DNA of 56,855 nucleotides from an uncultured Collinsella sp. GTDB taxonomy: Bacteria; Actinomycetota; Coriobacteriia; Coriobacteriales; Coriobacteriaceae. The stretch lies in contig CABUZI010000001.1 of the NCBI GenBank assembly GCA_902496005.1, positions 1 through 56,855 of the forward strand. Reading direction: 5' to 3'. Shown piece after piece: positions 24,340-37,607 of this stretch (within the stretch, counting starts at the first letter, position 1; each line of letters opens with the position of its first letter). Under the pieces are notes generated by a model. The model was not told the DNA's origin, searched no databases, and saw nothing but the letters and a program-made list of their open reading frames with translations. The position numbers and the translations under genes are program-made.

Positions 24340-25485
24340 ATGCCCTGTAATCAATTCCCGTCGACCCAGCGCCGTAAAGCGTGGGGCCGCATCACCATCC
24401 TGTTCGCACTCATCGCGCTGGCGCTCACCGCGCTCCCCACGGCGTCGTTCGCCGGTACGGACACCGCTGGAAACGTACTTGCGACCGACAATGACGTCAA
24501 TCCATCTGGCGCCGAGGGTGACCTGTACTGGGCCGGCCAAAGCCTTAACCTAGACGATGCGTCCATCAACCGCGATATCATCGCCGCGGGCGATACCCTC
24601 TCGATCCGCGACTGCACGGTGGGCGGCGCCGTCCGTCTGGCGGCACGCACCATCGATATCGCCAAGACCACGGTTAATGGCAGCGTAACGGTGGCTGGCC
24701 AGCATGTCGTGCTCAACACCGGTAGCACCGTCAACTGTTTTTACGCGATGGGCGAGACGGTTGCCCTGCGAGGCTCAACCAAGTCGGCAGCACTCGCGGG
24801 CGATACGGTAACCATCGACGGTACCGTCGAGGGCGATGTCGAGGTTTGGGCCGATAAGCTCGTCTTGGGCAAGAATGCCCACATTACCGGCACCGTAAAC
24901 GCGCACGTCTCCGAGGACCCCGAGCGCGCCGCAGGAGCCGAGGTAGGCGCGCTTAAGATCGACCGCACCGAGAACGAGGATACTTCCACCCTTAACGATG
25001 TCATCGGCGGCATCGTCGCCGCGGCGCTCTCGACCTGCTTTGTCGCCCTGCTGCTCGAGCTCGTCTTTCCGCGTGCGACCGCCAGTGCCGCCGGCATGCT
25101 CCACCAGCGCCCCACGCCCTTGTGGGTGAGCGGTCTTCTGGGTACGATTGCCGTCGTCCCCGCCGTCCTGCTGCTGATTATCTCTATCGCTGGTCTGTCG
25201 CTTGCCGGAGCCCTCTTGTGCGGCGTTATCGGCATCGCGTCGGTGTCGAGTGCCTTTGCAGGGTGCGCGATCGCCCGCATGGTCGGACACAGCCAGAACC
25301 GTTACGCCATGGCCGCCGTGGGCGGTATCGCCGCAGGCGCACTCACGGCACTCCCCCTTATGGGCAACTTCGTCAGCGGCGTGGCCTTCGTCTTTACGCT
25401 CGGCTACGTCATCCAGATCATCTGGCGCAACGCCCACCTCAAGCCGCAGCAGACCGCCAACACCCCGGGCCTTCCCTCCGCCTAA
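24340..25485 (+). CDS. membrane protein with polymer-forming (bactofilin-like) beta-helix repeats
   Basis: Signal-like N terminus; repeats such as GDLYWAG/RDIIAAG/GSVTVAG/GTVEGDV; C-terminal TM bundle. Confidence 0.65.
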   Translation: MPCNQFPSTQRRKAWGRITILFALIALALTALPTASFAGTDTAGNVLATDNDVNPSGAEGDLYWAGQSLNLDDASINRDIIAAGDTLSIRDCTVGGAVRLAARTIDIAKTTVNGSVTVAGQHVVLNTGSTVNCFYAMGETVALRGSTKSAALAGDTVTIDGTVEGDVEVWADKLVLGKNAHITGTVNAHVSEDPERAAGAEVGALKIDRTENEDTSTLNDVIGGIVAAALSTCFVALLLELVFPRATASAAGMLHQRPTPLWVSGLLGTIAVVPAVLLLIISIAGLSLAGALLCGVIGIASVSSAFAGCAIARMVGHSQNRYAMAAVGGIAAGALTALPLMGNFVSGVAFVFTLGYVIQIIWRNAHLKPQQTANTPGLPSA

Positions 25486-25555
25486 CCGTCAACCACCGCA
25501 AAGGGGACAGGCACCTTTGCGGGGGGGTGCAGACCAACTCAATCCTTGTACACCA

Positions 25556-25590
25556 AAAAGGGCACCGACCGCGATGGTCGGCGCCCTTTC
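25556..25590. terminator. bidirectional terminator downstream of typA
   Basis: AAAAAGGGCACCGACC...GGTCGGCGCCCTTT. Confidence 0.7.
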
Positions 25591-25624
25591 TTATTAATCG
25601 CTATATCGCTATAAAGCTCAGCGC

Positions 25625-27463
<1,839 letters not shown>

Positions 27464-27580
27464 GTAGTTCCCCTATCTTCTATCTATATACAACCGGCAC
27501 GCGTATGCGACCCACCCAGCAATGCAACGCTCGGCGGGAATATTGAGCCTTTTACCGAAAACTCGTTTATTTTAGCGATT

Positions 27581-28030
27581 TTAGATGAGAGGGGTTTCCT
27601 CACCTGCAGGTTCAGGGTCGCTCCACATAAAACCATCGCCGGCGCCCATGCCCTCATACAGCACATATGCCGAAAAACCACTCTCGAGCGTCGTCTCAAA
27701 GAAGCTCACGAGCAGGGCGTCATGGTAGCCGCCATCGATCTCGACACAACCGGTATAGCCGATGGCATAGCGGGCGATACGGCCCAGGCCCTCGTCTTTA
27801 AGACCCATCTTGTGCTCGGAGATAAAGTTGGTGGCCGCCTCGAGGCACGCCTCTTCGCCGTCCTCGTCGAGCGCCGCCAGATAGCGGTTGGAAGCAGCGT
27901 CCTCGATCGCCACGACCACGCCCGGATTCTCGCCGGCGGCAAGGTCGTCCAAGAACGCACCAATCAGGTCGCACACCATGGCGTCGAGCTCGGCGGAGAC
28001 GTTACCGGCGTCCTGCATATCCTGTGCCAT
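27581..28030 (-). CDS. hypothetical acidic protein
   Basis: 149-aa ORF with RBS, third gene of an apparent operon. Confidence 0.7.
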   Translation of the reverse strand: MAQDMQDAGNVSAELDAMVCDLIGAFLDDLAAGENPGVVVAIEDAASNRYLAALDEDGEEACLEAATNFISEHKMGLKDEGLGRIARYAIGYTGCVEIDGGYHDALLVSFFETTLESGFSAYVLYEGMGAGDGFMWSDPEPAGEETPLI

Positions 28031-28060
28031 CTTTAGACCTTCCCATCGAGTCTGGCGTCG

Positions 28061-28450
28061 TTACAGTTCTTGCGCCTCGGCGGCGATCTTAGCAGCGGCG
28101 TCGCGGGCGCGCATCATATCCATTGCGCGCTTGTCGAGCACCTTGATCTGACTGGTCAGCATGACCGCATCGACCACACCCCAGATCACGAGGCCCGTAG
28201 AGATCGAAAACCCAAGCGCACCAACTGTACCACGAAGGCGCGAACAGATTGCCGCGACAAGGGCGGAGATGACAACCATCTTGATAAACGAGCCGCGGCG
28301 TTCGCGAAGCGTGCGGGCCTGCGTCACATAGGCAATGCGCGCCGCCTCAGAAGCCTCAGAGCGCATCTGGGCCTCGCGCGCGATAGCCGCTGCCTCGGCC
28401 GACATGCCGCCGGCCATCAGCGAACGCTCCACAACCTGAACGCCCCGCAT
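28061..28450 (-). CDS. hypothetical two-TM membrane protein
   Basis: Starts directly after the upstream stop; two hydrophobic segments. Confidence 0.65.
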   Translation of the reverse strand: MRGVQVVERSLMAGGMSAEAAAIAREAQMRSEASEAARIAYVTQARTLRERRGSFIKMVVISALVAAICSRLRGTVGALGFSISTGLVIWGVVDAVMLTSQIKVLDKRAMDMMRARDAAAKIAAEAQEL

Positions 28451-28951
28451 TTAGAAATCATCGGGGGAGAGCGTATGGACGAACTCGTCGAACTTCTCGA
28501 ACTCCTGCTCGTCGTCGACTTCCTCGGCGCGGGTAGAAACAGTGCCCAGGCGATTCATGATGTCATCCTCCACAAACATGGGAGCATTGCTGCGCACGGC
28601 AAGGGCAATGGCATCGCTGGGGCGGGCGTCGATCTTGCGCTCCTCGCCATCGGCCAGTACGACGATTGTCGCGTAGAACACCGGCGGCTCGGCGCGAACG
28701 ATCTCGATGCGCTCGAGTTTGGCGCCCAGGGCGCCAACAGTATCGAGCAACAGGTCATGGGTAATCGGGCGCTCGGCGCGGCCGCTATCGATGCCACGGC
28801 TGATGGCAGCAGCTTCAAACGAACCAGTCTGAATGGAAAGGGAACGCAGCGGCGCGGGCGAGTCCGATTTGCTGCTGCGCTCACGAAGCACAATAAGCGA
28901 TGGCACGGGACCGGCGGCCATGACGATGGTCTCTATGTCGACACGAACCAT
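28451..28951 (-). CDS. bifunctional nuclease (DUF151) family protein
   Basis: GSFEAAAI, RPITHDLL, FYATI, IDARPSDAIALA. Confidence 0.9.
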   Translation of the reverse strand: MVRVDIETIVMAAGPVPSLIVLRERSSKSDSPAPLRSLSIQTGSFEAAAISRGIDSGRAERPITHDLLLDTVGALGAKLERIEIVRAEPPVFYATIVVLADGEERKIDARPSDAIALAVRSNAPMFVEDDIMNRLGTVSTRAEEVDDEQEFEKFDEFVHTLSPDDF

Positions 28952-29109
28952 GGAACACCTCCGGTACGTAGCGGTTAACACGCGGCAGCCCGCCGCATTG
29001 AATAGCTATACTACCCAATCTTTCGCACAGCACACAAAACCAAAATGAGATTTATCGCAGACAAGAAAAAAGCCCCGAGGCAACGCCCCAGGGCTCTTCA
29101 CAGTTTTGA

Positions 29110-29186
29110 TGGTGGACCTGACAAGATTCGAACTTGTGACCTCCCGGTTATCAGCCGGACGCTCTAACCAACTGAGCTACAGGTCC
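29110..29186 (-). tRNA. tRNA-Ile(GAT), copy 2
   Basis: Minus strand GGACCTGTAGCTCAGTTGG...CTGATAA...GTTCGAATC...CCA. Confidence 0.95.
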
Positions 29187-29190
29187 ATCA

Positions 29191-29266
29191 TGGTGGAGGT
29201 TAGGGGGATCGAACCCCTGACCTCAGGCTTGCAAAGCCCGCGCTCTCCCAGCTGAGCTAAACCCCC
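29191..29266 (-). tRNA. tRNA-Ala(TGC)
   Basis: Minus strand GGGGGTTTAGCTCAGCTGG...TTTGCAA...GGTTCGATCC...CCA; G3:U70 pair. Confidence 0.95.
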
Positions 29267-29277
29267 ACGGAGACAGT

Positions 29278-29322
29278 AATAAACACCCCAGCGGCGACTC
29301 GGCTATCGCTGGGGTGTTTATT
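29278..29322. repeat. strong hairpin inside the tRNA cluster
   Basis: AATAAACACCCCAGCG...CGCTGGGGTGTTTATT, perfect 16-bp stem. Confidence 0.7.
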
Positions 29323-29333
29323 GCGAAAGAAAG

Positions 29334-29410
29334 TGGTGGACCTGACAAGATTCGAACTTGTGACCTCCCGGTTATCAGCCGGACGCTCTAACCAACTGAG
29401 CTACAGGTCC
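29334..29410 (-). tRNA. tRNA-Ile(GAT), copy 1
   Basis: Identical 77-nt copy of 29110-29186. Confidence 0.95.
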
Positions 29411-29424
29411 ATCGCGCAAGGGAT

Positions 29425-29454
29425 ATATTAGACGAGTCGTTACGCGCGCGTCAA
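29425..29454 (-). promoter_or_regulatory. promoter for the Ile-Ala-Ile tRNA cluster
   Basis: TTGACG-18 nt-TAATAT on the minus strand. Confidence 0.6.
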
Positions 29455-29459
29455 CAACT

Positions 29460-29643
29460 TTTTTGAAAATCTTTGAGGGGTGTCGCCCCCGGCTGCCCGG
29501 CGGCATGCGAAGTCGCCTGCTCGGACAGTCTTGCTCGCACGGAGAGCACATTAAGTGCTCTCCTGCTCGTGCGGAACTCGCGATCGACTTCGCATGCCGC
29601 CGGGCAGCCGGGGGCGACGTGGGGTTCAAAGGTTTTCAAAAAA
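29460..29643. repeat. MITE/REPIN-like long inverted repeat
   Basis: Perfect 34-bp arms at 29482-29515 and 29585-29618; outer TTTTTGAAAA.CTTTGA / TCAAAG.TTTTCAAAAA arms; inner GAGAGCAC-ATTAA-GTGCTCTC hairpin. Confidence 0.85.
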
Positions 29644-29710
29644 GCGGTCGGCGCGCAGTGCGCCGACCGCCGATATATGGGGTCTGATGATTTTTACCAG
29701 CTAGAGCCTC

Positions 29711-32452
29711 TTACTCGTCTAGGAGATCTTCTGGCATGTCGTTGCCATCGCCTAGGTCGACTGGGGTCTCTTCGGTGTCGGCTGTGGCCTCGGCGCCCTC
29801 GCCTTCGGGTTTTTCCTTGGCTGCCGTCATACGGGCCACGGCGCATATGCGGTCGTTGTCGTCGACGGTCATCATCTTGACGCCCTGGGTGGCGCGGCCA
29901 GTCTGGCTGATCTCGTCGGTCTTGACACGAATGACCGTCGCGCCCTCCGTCACGATGAACAGCTCGTGCTGCGGGCCCACCGTCTTCATGGCCGCGAGGT
30001 TACCCTTACGCTCGGTCATTTGGATGGTGTAGACGCCCTGGCCGCCGCGATTCTGCTCCGGGTAGTCCGCAACCGGTGTGCGCTTGCCGTAGCCGCGCTC
30101 GGTGATGACGAACAGATCGCCGTTGCCGTTAGTGACTTCCATGCCCAGAACGCTCACGCCGTCCTTCATGCCGATACCGCGAACGCCGCTGGTGTCGCGG
30201 CCGGTAGCGCGCACCTGCTCCTCGGAGAACATGATCGCCTTGCCCGCGGTGGTGGCTAGGATAATCTTGTCGCCCTCGCGCACGCGGCGCACGTTCAGCA
30301 GCGCGTCGTCGTCACGCAGGTTGATAGCGATCAGGCCGTCGCGACGGCTGCGATCATATGCGCTCATCACGGTCTTCTTGACCATGCCGCTCTTGGTGGC
30401 AAACATCAGGTACTCGTCGGCCGGGAACTCGCGGCAGCTGATGACGCTCGCGATCTTCTCGCCCTCCTCGAAAGGCAGCAAGTTGACGATCGCGGTACCG
30501 CGTGCCTGGCGCGTACCTACCGGCAGCTCGTGCACCTTCAGGCGATAGACCTTGCCCTTGCTCGAGAAGAACAGCACGTACTCGTGCGTGGACGCGATGA
30601 ACATCTCATCGATGACATCGTCCTCTTTGAGGTTGACGCCCGACACGCCCTTGCCGCCGCGCTTTTGGGCGCGGTAGGCGGCAACCGGGATACGCTTGAC
30701 GTAGCCGGTGTGGGTGATGGTCACGACCATATCCTCGTCGGCGATGAGGTCCTCGACATCCAGGTCCTTCTCAACCTGGCTGATCTCGGTGCGGCGCTTG
30801 TCGCCAAACTTCTTGGAGATCTCGCGCATCTCTTCCTTGATGACGCCCAGGATTTTCTCCTCATGCGCCAGCAGGTCCTCGTAGTAGGCGATGGCGCGGC
30901 GCAGGCCGTCCAACTCTTCTTGGATCTTGTCGCGCTCCAGGCCGGTCAGGCGGCGCAGCTTCATCTCGAGGATGGCCGTGGTCTGCTCGGGCGTAAAGCC
31001 AAAGCGCTCGATCAAGCGGCTGCTGGCCTCGGAGTCGGTCTGCGAGGAGCGGATGATGCTAATGACCTCGTCGATATGGTCGAGGGCCATCAAGTAGCCC
31101 TCAAGGATATGCGCGCGGGCCTGGGCCTTTTTAAGGTCGAAGCGAGTGCGGCGAGTGACGACGTCGACCTGGTGGTCGATGTAGTGCTGCAGCATCTCGC
31201 GCAGGCTCAGGCATTTGGGAACGCCGTTGACGAGCGCCAGGTTGTTGGCGCCAAAGGTCGTCTGCAGCGAGGTGTACTTATACAGGTTGTTGAGCACGAC
31301 CTGCGGAATGACGCCCTTCTTGAGCTCGATGACCAGACGGATGCCCTTCTGGTTGGACTCATCGCGCATATCCGAGATGCCCTCGATGCGCTTGTCGTTG
31401 ACGAGTTGGGCGATCTTCTCCTGCAGGGTGCCCTTGTTGACCATGTAGGGAATCTCGGTAAAGACCAGGCGGCTGCGACCGGTCTTGGTGGACTCCACAT
31501 GTGCCTTGGCACGCACGGTAATGGAGCCGCGGCCGGTCTCGTAGCTCTGCTTAATGCCGGCGCTGCCCATGATTATGGCGCCGGTGGGGAAGTCCGGACC
31601 TGGCATGATCTGCATGAGCTCGTCGACGGTGGCGTCGGGGTTGTCGATCAGGTAGCAGGTGGCCTCAATCGCCTCGGTGAGGTTATGCGGGGCGATGTTG
31701 GTGGCCATGCCGACGGCGATGCCCTGGCTGCCGTTGACCAGCAGGTTGGGGAAGCGCGCAGGCAGCGCCACGGGCTCGGCAAGTGATTCGTCGTAGTTGG
31801 GCTGCCAGTCGACGGTATCCTTCTGCAAGTCACGCAGCAGTTCCATGGCGGGCTTTGCCAGGCGGCTCTCGGTGTAACGCATGGCCGCCGCGCCGTCGCC
31901 GTCGATGTTACCGAAGTTGCCGTGACCGTCGATGAGCGGCGTGCGCATGGAGAACCACTGCGCCAGGCGGACCATGGCCTCATAGACCGCGGAATCGCCG
32001 TGCGGGTGGTACTTACCGATAACTTCGCCGACCGTCCAGGCCGACTTCTTATGTGGGCGGTTGGGGTAGATGCCGCTCTCGTTCATCGCGTACAGGATGC
32101 GGCGGTGCACCGGCTTTAAGCCGTCGCGCACGTCCGGCAGGGCGCGCGCCGTGATGACCGACATCGAATACTCGATGAACGACTGCTTCATCTCGCGGCC
32201 AAACTCCGAAATCTGGAGCTGGCCGCCGTTGATATCCTCGCCGGCCGAGGCGCCGCGATCGACTTCGCCAAAGCTCTCCTCGAGCTCAGCGTCGTCGTCT
32301 TCTTCCTCATCATCATCGGCATCGGGGTTATAGGCGTCCGGATCGCCGTCCTCGCCCTGCTCAGCACGGGCAAGCAGGCGCTTCAGATCATCGGGCATAC
32401 CGGCATCGCCGGCCTCGTCCATACCCTCGTTATTGTTGATATCGTCTGCCAC
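29711..32452 (-). CDS. gyrA: DNA gyrase subunit A
   Basis: [26 protein letters not shown], GyrA-box QKRGGKG. Confidence 0.98.
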   Translation of the reverse strand: MADDINNNEGMDEAGDAGMPDDLKRLLARAEQGEDGDPDAYNPDADDDEEEDDDAELEESFGEVDRGASAGEDINGGQLQISEFGREMKQSFIEYSMSVITARALPDVRDGLKPVHRRILYAMNESGIYPNRPHKKSAWTVGEVIGKYHPHGDSAVYEAMVRLAQWFSMRTPLIDGHGNFGNIDGDGAAAMRYTESRLAKPAMELLRDLQKDTVDWQPNYDESLAEPVALPARFPNLLVNGSQGIAVGMATNIAPHNLTEAIEATCYLIDNPDATVDELMQIMPGPDFPTGAIIMGSAGIKQSYETGRGSITVRAKAHVESTKTGRSRLVFTEIPYMVNKGTLQEKIAQLVNDKRIEGISDMRDESNQKGIRLVIELKKGVIPQVVLNNLYKYTSLQTTFGANNLALVNGVPKCLSLREMLQHYIDHQVDVVTRRTRFDLKKAQARAHILEGYLMALDHIDEVISIIRSSQTDSEASSRLIERFGFTPEQTTAILEMKLRRLTGLERDKIQEELDGLRRAIAYYEDLLAHEEKILGVIKEEMREISKKFGDKRRTEISQVEKDLDVEDLIADEDMVVTITHTGYVKRIPVAAYRAQKRGGKGVSGVNLKEDDVIDEMFIASTHEYVLFFSSKGKVYRLKVHELPVGTRQARGTAIVNLLPFEEGEKIASVISCREFPADEYLMFATKSGMVKKTVMSAYDRSRRDGLIAINLRDDDALLNVRRVREGDKIILATTAGKAIMFSEEQVRATGRDTSGVRGIGMKDGVSVLGMEVTNGNGDLFVITERGYGKRTPVADYPEQNRGGQGVYTIQMTERKGNLAAMKTVGPQHELFIVTEGATVIRVKTDEISQTGRATQGVKMMTVDDNDRICAVARMTAAKEKPEGEGAEATADTEETPVDLGDGNDMPEDLLDE

Positions 32453-32463
32453 GTTGCCTCCTC

Positions 32464-34536
<2,073 letters not shown>

Positions 34537-34599
34537 TTATCGTAAAAAAATACCCTCGGGGACGAGGGTATTTGGCTCTACAAGGCCACCAGATGCGAT

Positions 34600-35163
34600 T
34601 TAAGGCTCTTTTTTGCTCTGCACGCCCTTGGCCCACTCGGCACTGGCTCTCATGGCGTTCTCGAGGGCCTCGCGCAGTTTTTGGTCCTCGATGGGTGCCA
34701 CTTGGTGCTCGATCTCGGCACGCTCGGCATCGCTGAGGTCGGCATGCGGAGCCGGCGGACGCTCGGCCACGGCCGGGCGCAGGCGCTCTTTTGCAGCGGG
34801 CGGTGTGTGGCCGGGGGCGGTCGTCTTGAACACCAGGCCGTCGACGTGCGCGCCGGCGCGCTCCATGCGCGCGCGGATAATCTCGCGCAAAAGTGTCATC
34901 TCCTGCGTCCATGAGGGCGAATCGAGGTACACCAGCAGTTCGTTGGACTCGGGCAGGTAGCGCAACCCCGTCACATGGCGTCCCTCGCGCGTGCCCGAGC
35001 ACACTGCATTCCAGGCGCGATAGACCGCACGAGACTCCTCCGCAGCCTCCATTTGCGCGCGGCGCTCAGGTGTCGCGGCCGCCAGGATGCGTTGGCGCTC
35101 TGCGTTCAAAAAGCCACTGAAGGCGACCGTTTCGCTCTCGCGCTCGTAATTAGCACGTCTCAC
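34600..35163 (-). CDS. DUF721/DciA-family protein (putative helicase-loading factor)
   Basis: Sits between recF and gyrB; W...LLVYLDSPSWTQEMTLLRE.I motif typical of DUF721. Confidence 0.7.
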   Translation of the reverse strand: MRRANYERESETVAFSGFLNAERQRILAAATPERRAQMEAAEESRAVYRAWNAVCSGTREGRHVTGLRYLPESNELLVYLDSPSWTQEMTLLREIIRARMERAGAHVDGLVFKTTAPGHTPPAAKERLRPAVAERPPAPHADLSDAERAEIEHQVAPIEDQKLREALENAMRASAEWAKGVQSKKEP

Positions 35164-36256
35164 CCATGCTCACCACCTTGGCTCGATCAAGCAGGTCATC
35201 GGTAAAATACCCCAGGTTGGTCGTGGTTATGACCGTCTGGATATCATCGCCGATCAGCCGCAGAAAAGCACCGCGGCGCTCGCCGTCGAGTTCGCTCATC
35301 ACGTCGTCCAAAAGCAGCAGTGGGGCGGTGCCCAGGACATCGCGAGCCACGGCCACCTCCGCCACCTTCCAGGCCAGAACCAACGTTCGCTGCTGACCTT
35401 GGCTGGCAAATGAACGGGCGGAGCGACCCGCCACGGTAAACTCAATCTCATCGCGATGCGGTCCCACCAACGTCACGCCGCGGCGAATTTCCTCGTCGGC
35501 GTGCTCATCAAGGGCAGCCAGCATGCGCTCGTACGCCCAGCCCTTCAGTTCTTCGCGATCCTCGACCTGGGGCAAATCCCCCAGCGTGGACGTATAGGTC
35601 ACGTTGGCAGCCTCACCGGATGCCACTTGCCCGTAGGCAGTGTGCACATGGCCCGCCAGCCGGTCGAGCAGGGCCAACCGGTGCACAAGCAGAGCCGAGC
35701 CCGCGCGGGCAATCGAATCGTTCCACGCGCCGAGCATCTCGCGGCAGCACCAGGTCTCCTTGAGCAAGGCGTTACGCTGGGTCACGCAGCGCCCATAGGT
35801 GCTCGCAAGATCGGCATAGCGTGCGCTCAGTTGCATGCCAAAGTCATCGAGGGCAGCGCGGCGCACACTGGCGCCTCGTTTAACCATGTCCAGATGGTCG
35901 GGGCAAAACAGCACGCTCGGCAGAACCCCGCGCACACCGGCGGCAGAACATCTCTTGCCGTTGCGGCTAAACGAGCGCTTACCGTCCTCCGCGTTCAATC
36001 CCATATCAAGCACGCGGCCGTCGCCCTCGAGCCTCAGCTCGACCTTGCACGATCCCACGCCGTCACGGACGAGCTCGGCTGCGGTCGGATGCCTAAACGA
36101 GGCGCCGCTCGTCAGCAGCTGCAGCGCCTCTATGAGATTGGTCTTTCCCGCCGCGTTGGGTCCCGCAAGTATCGTCACGCCCTCGTCCAGGGCAAGACGA
36201 TAGCTATCGAAGCTGCGGTAGTGCGCGACGGAAAGATCGCGGGCGAACATGGTCAT
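35150..36256 (-). CDS. recF: DNA replication and repair protein RecF
   Basis: GPNAAGKTN, GPHRDE, SQGQQR, LLLDDVMSELD. Confidence 0.96.
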   Translation of the reverse strand: MTMFARDLSVAHYRSFDSYRLALDEGVTILAGPNAAGKTNLIEALQLLTSGASFRHPTAAELVRDGVGSCKVELRLEGDGRVLDMGLNAEDGKRSFSRNGKRCSAAGVRGVLPSVLFCPDHLDMVKRGASVRRAALDDFGMQLSARYADLASTYGRCVTQRNALLKETWCCREMLGAWNDSIARAGSALLVHRLALLDRLAGHVHTAYGQVASGEAANVTYTSTLGDLPQVEDREELKGWAYERMLAALDEHADEEIRRGVTLVGPHRDEIEFTVAGRSARSFASQGQQRTLVLAWKVAEVAVARDVLGTAPLLLLDDVMSELDGERRGAFLRLIGDDIQTVITTTNLGYFTDDLLDRAKVVSMGETC

Positions 36257-36265
36257 GGCGCAGCG

Positions 36266-37369
36266 CTAGATGCGGACCGGCATGACCAGGTACAGGTAGT
36301 TGATCTTGTCGTAGGACTTGAAGATGCCCGCCTGCGAGTAGCTCTTGAGCTCCAGCGTGATCTCCTTCTCCTTGGACAGGGCATTGAGGCAGCCGAAGAT
36401 GTAGTGGTAGTTGAAGGCGATGGTGCCCGACTCGCCCTCGGCCTCGACATCGATCGTCTCCTGTGCAAGGTCCTGGTCATTGGAAATGGAGGACAGGCCC
36501 ATCTGCCCGTTCTCGACATCGATCTCGAACTTGACGGCGGGGTTGGCGCTCGCGATAACGGCCACGCGCTTGAGGGCGGCGTTAAAGGCGGCGACGTCGA
36601 TCTTGACGCTCGTCACGCACGAATCGGGGATGAGCTGCTTGTAGTTGGGGTACACGCCCTCGATGCGGCGCGACACGTAGGTGGTGTTGCCGGCCTCAAA
36701 GACGACCTGGGTGTCGGTAGCCCCGATCATGATGGTCGCCCGGCTGGCCATGATGTTCAGCGCGTCGTTAAAGGCGTCGGCCGGAACGTTGAGTTCAAAG
36801 GAACCCTCGAGGGTTGAGGTCTCGACCTGTGTATCGCACACGGCCAAGCGGAAGGAATCGGTCGCCACCAGGCGCACGGTGTTGTTCTCGACCTTCATGT
36901 GCACGCCGCCCAGGATGGGGCGGGCCTTGTCGGTCGAGGTGACGCGCCACACGCGGCCGACCATCTCGGACAAGATATCGGTCGGCAGCTCCACGGCACT
37001 CTCGATGGCATAGGCCGGAAACTCGGGGAAGTCATTGGCATCGAGCGTGTTCAGGCGGAAAGAGCTCTTCTCGCAACCAATCAGCACCTGGCGCTCGGAC
37101 AGCTCAAAGGTGACCGGGGCATCGGGGAGAGTCTTGGTGATATTGGAGAGCATCTTACAGGGGATAACCATCTCGCCCTCTTCTTCGACATGCGCCGCGA
37201 TGCGATGACGGATCGAGATGGTGTAGTTAGAGGTCTGGAATTCCAAGATGCCGTCTTGCGCCTTGACGAGCACGCCCGACAGGATGGGAAGGGTGGATGC
37301 CGAAGCGACACCCTTCATAACGACGCCGATGGCTTGTGTAAGCGAGCTCTGGCTGACGGTGAACTTCAT
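36266..37369 (-). CDS. dnaN: DNA polymerase III beta clamp
   Basis: LPILSG, ATDSFRLA, EGVYPNY, C-terminal LVMPVR. Confidence 0.97.
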   Translation of the reverse strand: MKFTVSQSSLTQAIGVVMKGVASASTLPILSGVLVKAQDGILEFQTSNYTISIRHRIAAHVEEEGEMVIPCKMLSNITKTLPDAPVTFELSERQVLIGCEKSSFRLNTLDANDFPEFPAYAIESAVELPTDILSEMVGRVWRVTSTDKARPILGGVHMKVENNTVRLVATDSFRLAVCDTQVETSTLEGSFELNVPADAFNDALNIMASRATIMIGATDTQVVFEAGNTTYVSRRIEGVYPNYKQLIPDSCVTSVKIDVAAFNAALKRVAVIASANPAVKFEIDVENGQMGLSSISNDQDLAQETIDVEAEGESGTIAFNYHYIFGCLNALSKEKEITLELKSYSQAGIFKSYDKINYLYLVMPVRI

Positions 37370-37607
37370 CTTTTAATACCTTTCTATAGATATAAATATC
37401 TTAATAATAGTAATAGCACTGACGAAACTGTTGATTACTCCCAAAGACGCAGGTCAGACCCAGAAAGAGAATCGACAGCAACCTGTGTGCAACAGGGGTG
37501 GTTTTCCACGTTCAAAACCTGCGCAAAACTTTTCATCACCGCGGATTGGGTTTTAGACACCTTATGCCCGTGGTTTCGACAAGTTTTCAACAGGTGTCTC
37601 TATTTCC
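37370..37607. other. oriC unwinding region (dnaA-dnaN intergenic)
   Basis: AT-rich DUE at 37370-37416; DnaA-trio-like CTATTACTATTATT on the minus strand (37403-37416) next to box TAATCAACA (37429-37437); further boxes at 37484, 37502, 37584; gene orientation flips nearby. Confidence 0.85.

Noticed and set aside
21914..25500. Integrase-type genomic island or prophage at tRNA-Ser
   Set aside because: No integrase, phage gene or distal direct att repeat was seen; only the local repeat structures are reported.
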